DNA of 64,000 nucleotides from Trueperaceae bacterium. Its GTDB lineage: Bacteria > Deinococcota > Deinococci > Deinococcales > Trueperaceae. Location: the NCBI GenBank assembly GCA_965215565.1, contig CBDCDZ010000004.1:224001-288000 (forward strand). The letters are read 5' to 3'. The position numbers and the translations under genes were made by a program. Numbering within the stretch: position 1 is the stretch's first letter; every line of letters starts with the position of its first letter. The notes beneath the pieces are model-generated. The model had not been told where the DNA came from. It did no database searches and saw nothing but the letters and a program-made list of their open reading frames with translations. Positions 59,086-64,000 of this stretch are shown piece by piece.

Positions 59086-60465
59086 ATGGCATTGGACGCG
59101 ATCATTATCGGCGCAGGGCAGGGCGGCGGACCTCTCGCGGGCGCACTTTCAGAGGCGGGGCGCAAGGTGGCGCTCATCGAGAAGGCGCACGTGGGCGGGA
59201 CCTGCGTGAACGAGGGCTGCACGCCAACCAAGACGATGGTAGCGAGCGCGCGGGTGGCGCACGTCGCGCGGCGGGCGGCGCATTACGGCGTTCACGTGGG
59301 CTCGGGGGACATATCCGTCGACATGAAGAGGGTCCGCGAGAGGAAGAATGAGGTTGTCGCCACCTTCCGCGAGGGGAGCGAGAAGGGCGTTCGGGACAAA
59401 GAGAACGTCGAACTGCTGATGGGCACGGCGACATTCACCGGTGAGAAAACGGTAGAGGTCAGCCTAAACGACGGCGGCACCCGCGAGTTAAACGCCGATA
59501 CCATTGTCATCAACGCAGGTCAGCGTCCGAACATCCCGCCGGTCGAGGACTTGGACAGCGTTCCTTACCTGACCTCGACGTCGGTCATGGAGCTTGACGA
59601 GGTGCCGAAGCACCTGCTCGTCTTGGGCGGCGGCTACATCGGCTTGGAGTTCGCACAGATGTTCCGCCGCTTCGGAGCCGAGGTGACCGTCGTGCAGCGG
59701 AACAGCCAGCTTTTGCCGAGGGAGGATGAAGACGTCGCCGACACCGTCGCCGACATTTTGCGGGATGACGGTATCACCGTTTTGCTGAACAGCGAAGCGC
59801 AGCGTGTATCGCAGGAAGATGGAGTCTCGCTCACTGTGAAGGGCGAAGGGGGCGAACGGACCTTGCGCGGCTCGCACCTTTTGGTGGCGACGGGGCGCAA
59901 GTCGAACAGCGACACGTTGAACTTAGAGGCAGCAGGTGTGAAGGTCGATAAGCGCGGCAACATCGAGGTGAACGGGAGTTTGGAGACGAATGTCCCCGGA
60001 GTCTACGCCATCGGCGACATCAAGGGCGGTCCTGCATTTACCCACGTCTCTTACGACGACTACCGCATCTTGAGAGACAACCTCTTAAATGACGCGAAGA
60101 GGACGATTGACGGGCGCATCGTCCCGTACACCGTTTTCATGGATCCGCAACTCGGTCACGTGGGGCTCAACGAGAAAGACGCCAGGGACGCAGGCTACAA
60201 CGTCAAAGTGGCCAAGATGCCGCTCGCCTACGCCGCGAGAGCTATCGAAATTGACGAGACGCGCGGGCTCCTCAAAGCCGTCGTGGACGCCGACACCGAC
60301 AAGATTTTAGGCGCGACGATGCTGAGCTTCGACGGCGGCGAAGTCGTCACCATAGTCCAGACGGCGATGCTCGGCAGGGTGCCCTATCAAGTGCTGCGCG
60401 ACAGTCCCTTCTCGCACCCTACCTTAGCGGAGTCGCTCAACAACCTCTTTTCGTCGTTCGAGTGA
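59086..60465 (+). CDS. Pyridine nucleotide-disulfide oxidoreductase (RclA/YkgC-like, often annotated mercuric reductase)
   Basis: GAGQGG, GGTCVNEGCTPTK, GGGYIGLE, HPTLAE; no C-terminal Cys-Cys. Confidence 0.88.
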   Translation: MALDAIIIGAGQGGGPLAGALSEAGRKVALIEKAHVGGTCVNEGCTPTKTMVASARVAHVARRAAHYGVHVGSGDISVDMKRVRERKNEVVATFREGSEKGVRDKENVELLMGTATFTGEKTVEVSLNDGGTRELNADTIVINAGQRPNIPPVEDLDSVPYLTSTSVMELDEVPKHLLVLGGGYIGLEFAQMFRRFGAEVTVVQRNSQLLPREDEDVADTVADILRDDGITVLLNSEAQRVSQEDGVSLTVKGEGGERTLRGSHLLVATGRKSNSDTLNLEAAGVKVDKRGNIEVNGSLETNVPGVYAIGDIKGGPAFTHVSYDDYRILRDNLLNDAKRTIDGRIVPYTVFMDPQLGHVGLNEKDARDAGYNVKVAKMPLAYAARAIEIDETRGLLKAVVDADTDKILGATMLSFDGGEVVTIVQTAMLGRVPYQVLRDSPFSHPTLAESLNNLFSSFE

Positions 60466-60563
60466 GGAGGAAGTAGGAATAAATGAGGTGAGAACCAAGA
60501 ATTCTACTCTCTTCTTACTCTCAGCTTTGACTCAGGTGCTCGAGCAAGAGGTACGATGTCGGC

Positions 60564-60992
60564 ATGGCACAAGGTTTATTCAACCTCATCAATATCCTCC
60601 CGCTCCCCATCTGGCTCGGGATGCTCCTCTTCCCGCGTGCGCGCTTCACGGAGCGTCTAGTCCTCGCGTACTGGCCCTACATCGCGCTCGGCGGGGTATA
60701 CACGCTTCTCTTGCTCGTCGCGCTCGCGACGGGCTCGGGCAGCTTCGACCTCTCGTTCGATACGTTGCGGGCTAGCTTTTCGCAGGAGTGGACCTTTTTG
60801 GCGGGGTGGGCGCACTACATCGCTCTGGACCTCTTCGTGGGCGTGTGGATCTTTCGCGACGCGAAGTACTGGGGCGTCAACCCGCGCTTATTCGTCTTAC
60901 TCACGCTCTTCTTTGGACCGCTCGGCTTGGCGAGTTACCTGATGGCGCGCCAGCGCAAGCAGAAAGATGACCCGGTGCGGGTGCTGAATTAG
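60564..60992 (+). CDS. ABA4-like (DUF4281) membrane protein
   Basis: GWAHYIALDLFVG, FFGPLG. Confidence 0.85.
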   Translation: MAQGLFNLINILPLPIWLGMLLFPRARFTERLVLAYWPYIALGGVYTLLLLVALATGSGSFDLSFDTLRASFSQEWTFLAGWAHYIALDLFVGVWIFRDAKYWGVNPRLFVLLTLFFGPLGLASYLMARQRKQKDDPVRVLN

Positions 60993-60995
60993 AGG

Positions 60996-61991
60996 CTAGT
61001 CCCGCTCGACTCGGTAGATGACGCCGCGGCTGAAGTCGCTGATCAAAAGACTGCCGTCAAGCCCTAAAAGGTGTTGCGGTGCTTGCAACCCTGTAACGAA
61101 CGGCTCGACGTTGCCGCTCTCAAGCGAAACGCGAACGACGCCCGCTTCTACGGGTCCCCACAGCGCGACTAAAAGCGCACCCTTCTCGAAAGGCGACATG
61201 ATGACGCTCGTCGGCGTCGAGTTGGGCGCGAAGAGTGCCAGGGGAGCCTGGGTTTCCTCGCACTCCTCCGCCGTGCCGCCGTAGTTCCGCGCCGCCTCTT
61301 GCTCTCCGTAACACTGCGGCCAACCGTAGTCGCTGCCCTCAGTGATGAGGTTGAGTTCGTCCGGCGGCGCTTGACCGTTCACAGGGTCGTCGCCGACTTC
61401 GGTGGAGAAGAGTTCACCATTCTTGCTGAAAGTATGCGCGTAGGCCCCTTTAAGCCCCGTCGCGACGGCTGAGGGATTCGTCGAATCGTCGGGGTCTAGG
61501 CGCTGGAGCGTCCCTGAGCCTTCCTGCGCTTTGTTTCCTACGCGGCGTCCGCTCGTCTCGAAGAGAAGTTGACCGTCCGGCGTCACGGTGAGGGTGCCGT
61601 TCGAACGTCCGTTGAAAGGCAAATCGGATAAAACCGTCTCAGGCGCACCTACACCTGGTTCTGTAAGCGGCGCACGGAGCAGGGCGCGTCCCGCTGCAAC
61701 CCACAGATAACCGCCCGAAACAGCAATGCCGGTAGGTTTTAAGAGGCTGTCGAGGAGCACCTCGCGCTCATCCGTTTCCATCGACAGCGCCACGACTTGC
61801 CCCGTCCCTGCATTTTCGCCCCCGGCGAGTTGTGCCAGCCAGAGCCGTTCATCCGGTCCTACAATCATCTGCGTCGGGCCGCGCAGCCCTTCGGCGAAAA
61901 CCGAAGCGCTGTAGCCATCCGGTAACGTCAATTGGGCGAAAGCGAAACTGAGGACGAGCGTGCTGAGCAAAGATAGAAGAGCTTTAGACAT
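60996..61991 (-). CDS. PQQ-dependent sugar/sorbosone dehydrogenase-like beta-propeller
   Basis: LPDGYSASVFAEGL, PPDELN...DYGWPQC; signal peptide. Confidence 0.82.
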   Translation of the reverse strand: MSKALLSLLSTLVLSFAFAQLTLPDGYSASVFAEGLRGPTQMIVGPDERLWLAQLAGGENAGTGQVVALSMETDEREVLLDSLLKPTGIAVSGGYLWVAAGRALLRAPLTEPGVGAPETVLSDLPFNGRSNGTLTVTPDGQLLFETSGRRVGNKAQEGSGTLQRLDPDDSTNPSAVATGLKGAYAHTFSKNGELFSTEVGDDPVNGQAPPDELNLITEGSDYGWPQCYGEQEAARNYGGTAEECEETQAPLALFAPNSTPTSVIMSPFEKGALLVALWGPVEAGVVRVSLESGNVEPFVTGLQAPQHLLGLDGSLLISDFSRGVIYRVERD

Positions 61992-62042
61992 CGTTCAATG
62001 TAACAGCCTCGCCGTGCCCGCGCCGTGAGCTACGTTCACGCT

Positions 62043-63047
62043 TTAAGGTTGCTCGAGTGGCTGAATCCACACGTTGCGGTAATGCACCCTGTCGCGGTGT
62101 GCTTGTAAGACGACAGGACCAACTTCAGAATCTTCGGTGTTACCGAGGCGTGTGGGTCCTGGAATTTGTACGTCCTCTTGAATGAGCGTCCCATTGAGGC
62201 GCACGCTGACCCGCGCGTCCTCGACTTTTGCCCCCGCTTCAAAGCGCGGCGCGCTGAAGAGGATGTCGTAGCGCTGCCACTCCCCGGCGGGCAAGCTCGC
62301 GTTGGTGCTCGCGTCCGACACGCCGTAGACCGCGCCTACATCGTCTTCGCCCTCCAACGTTCGCCCATAAGAGTCGAGCACCTGAATCTCGTAGCGCCCT
62401 TGTAAGTAGACGCCGCTGTTCCCCCGCGCCTGCTCGTCGGCGTCTTCGGGGCTTTCTGGCACGTTAAATTCGACGTGGAGCCAGAAATCTCTGTAGACCT
62501 CTTTCGTGCGGAGGTCGTTGTCGCCTACACTGTCGCCGGGAAGGACCTCGAGCGCTCCCTCCTCGATTGTCCACAGCTCACCGCCTTCTTCTTCGGGCTC
62601 CCAGGCGGATAAGTCCGAGCCGTTAAAGAGTGCGGTTGCATCTGGTGGGAGAGGGGTGACGTCGAGGCTCGAGTACGCTGAAGCCCCTGCCGCATTCACC
62701 GCCCGCAGGCGGTACGTATAAGGTCGCCCTAAGATAACCTCTTCGTCGCGGTACTCGGTTGTGTCAGCGCCCAATGTGGCGACAAGTGCGAAGGTGTCAC
62801 CGGACAAGAGGTTTTGACGCTCGAGTTCGAACGAAGCCTCGCCCTCCACATCGTCCCAAGCGAGGACGGCGGCGGCAGATGTGCCCTCCCCAAAGTCTGC
62901 TGCAACCGTCGACAAGGTGAGGCCGCTGGGAACAGAAGGAACTTCCGATACGTCCGGCTGGGACGGCTGAGTCGGCTCCGCTTCCCCACTACAAGAGGCC
63001 AGCAAGACCAAAAGACAAAGGAGCACCGCTAAGGCGCTCCTCTTCAT
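62043..63047 (-). CDS. Lipoprotein with FN3 and DUF1080 (3-keto-disaccharide hydrolase-like) domains
   Basis: Lipobox LASC; YTYRLRAVN FN3; LFNGSDL..W, GNSGVYLQGRYEIQVLD, LQAH..YRNVW. Confidence 0.88.
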   Translation of the reverse strand: MKRSALAVLLCLLVLLASCSGEAEPTQPSQPDVSEVPSVPSGLTLSTVAADFGEGTSAAAVLAWDDVEGEASFELERQNLLSGDTFALVATLGADTTEYRDEEVILGRPYTYRLRAVNAAGASAYSSLDVTPLPPDATALFNGSDLSAWEPEEEGGELWTIEEGALEVLPGDSVGDNDLRTKEVYRDFWLHVEFNVPESPEDADEQARGNSGVYLQGRYEIQVLDSYGRTLEGEDDVGAVYGVSDASTNASLPAGEWQRYDILFSAPRFEAGAKVEDARVSVRLNGTLIQEDVQIPGPTRLGNTEDSEVGPVVLQAHRDRVHYRNVWIQPLEQP

Positions 63048-63173
63048 TGAGATTGCGTTCGCAGTGATCATCAATATGCCTCTACGATGAATGAACGCGG
63101 GTATTATCCCCGAACGTGCGCTACAGTCAGTGCTTTTTCACTGAAAGCATCGGTGACCAGATAAGACCTGCTA

Positions 63174-64000
63174 CTAGTTGACCATCTTCGTGCGCCGCGA
63201 CTGGAAGTCCATCAGGATGTACTGCCCAATCGTGTGTGGCGTCGTGAAGTAGGCTTTGCCGTTTGTCATCGCTGAGACGCGCTGCACGAACGCCATGAGT
63301 TCGGGGTCACGCGCTAGCATAAACGTGTTCACCTGAATCCCTTGGCGGCGGCAACTGCCGACCTCCCGGAGCGTCTCGCCCAAAACCATCGGGTCCAGCC
63401 CATAAGCGTTTTTGTAGACGCGCCCGTTGGGGAGGGTGATCGCGGAGGGCTTGCCGTCCGTGATCATCACGATCTGCTTCATGTCCTTGTTTTGACGCTT
63501 CAAAATCTTCTGCGCTAAGCGCAAACCTTCAGCGGTGTTGGTGTGATACGGTCCCACCTGCGACTGGGCGAGCTTGGCTAAGGGAATCTCCTCGGCGGAG
63601 TTGTGAAACAAGACGAACTTGATGACGTCGCCGGGGTACTGCGTCTGGATGAGGTGAGAAAGTGCCAACGCCACCTGTTTGGCGGGCGTGAAGCGGTCCT
63701 CGCCGTACAAAATCATCGAGTGCGAGCAGTCGAGCATGACGACAGTTGCAGCCGACGAGTTGTACTCGGCTTGCATGACCTCTAAGTCGCCGTAGTCTAG
63801 ATTGAACTTGCCATCCTCGAAGCCGCGCTGCGCCGCGTTCTTAAACGTTTCGGAGAGGTTGAGGTTCATGGTGTCGCCGAACTCGTACGGTTTGGACTCG
63901 GCGGTGGCTTCGACGCCCGTCGTTTGAAACTGCGTTTCGTGTGCGCCGATAGACGACTTGCCTGCGCCACCTAAGACATCTTTGAGCGTGCGGTAGCCTA
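63174..64000 (-). CDS. VWA-domain protein, 5' part outside the window
   Basis: MIDAS DCSHSM, TN, ITDG; reading frame open to the window edge. Confidence 0.85.
   Translation of the reverse strand, partial: GYRTLKDVLGGAGKSSIGAHETQFQTTGVEATAESKPYEFGDTMNLNLSETFKNAAQRGFEDGKFNLDYGDLEVMQAEYNSSAATVVMLDCSHSMILYGEDRFTPAKQVALALSHLIQTQYPGDVIKFVLFHNSAEEIPLAKLAQSQVGPYHTNTAEGLRLAQKILKRQNKDMKQIVMITDGKPSAITLPNGRVYKNAYGLDPMVLGETLREVGSCRRQGIQVNTFMLARDPELMAFVQRVSAMTNGKAYFTTPHTIGQYILMDFQSRRTKMVN

Noticed and set aside
59086..60465. Mercuric reductase MerA
   Set aside because: No N-terminal HMA domain, no C-terminal Cys-Cys pair and no mer genes nearby; the active-site motif fits RclA/YkgC-like enzymes.

Overview
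GC-rich bacterial chromosomal window. Gene content, many leaderless TANNNT-N5-8-start promoters and SNR-like repeats suggest Deinococcota (Truepera-like); this is inference only. About 1-25 kb is mostly housekeeping: FecCD and TroABCD/MntABCD-type ABC transporters with MntR and Fur-family regulators, a sucrase-ferredoxin, Uma2, AlkA, DinB, a flippase, P450-SMR with a TetR, MutS2 and LutABC. About 25-59 kb is an accessory region with three interleaved layers. (1) Secreted glycan-directed proteins: six CBM4/9-like modules, a GH9, a DUF1996-like lipoprotein and an S8 protease. (2) Three paralogues of a conjugation-like (VirB9/TraK-type, two-domain) protein, one fused to CBMs, plus a lytic transglycosylase, with no VirB4, VirD4 or relaxase in view. 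(3) Lower-GC ORFan islets, each with its own terminator and several with a candidate promoter and 250-480 nt highly structured UTRs whose hairpin loops reuse short motifs (GCWGCAC, CTCTAC, TTTGT, CYTCCAA). These structured-UTR islets and the conjugation-domain/CBM fusion are the best candidates for undescribed biology. Two families of small dispersed repeats are present. No rRNA, tRNA, CRISPR array, integrase or transposase was recognised. All family calls are by eye from motifs; no searches or folding programs were run.
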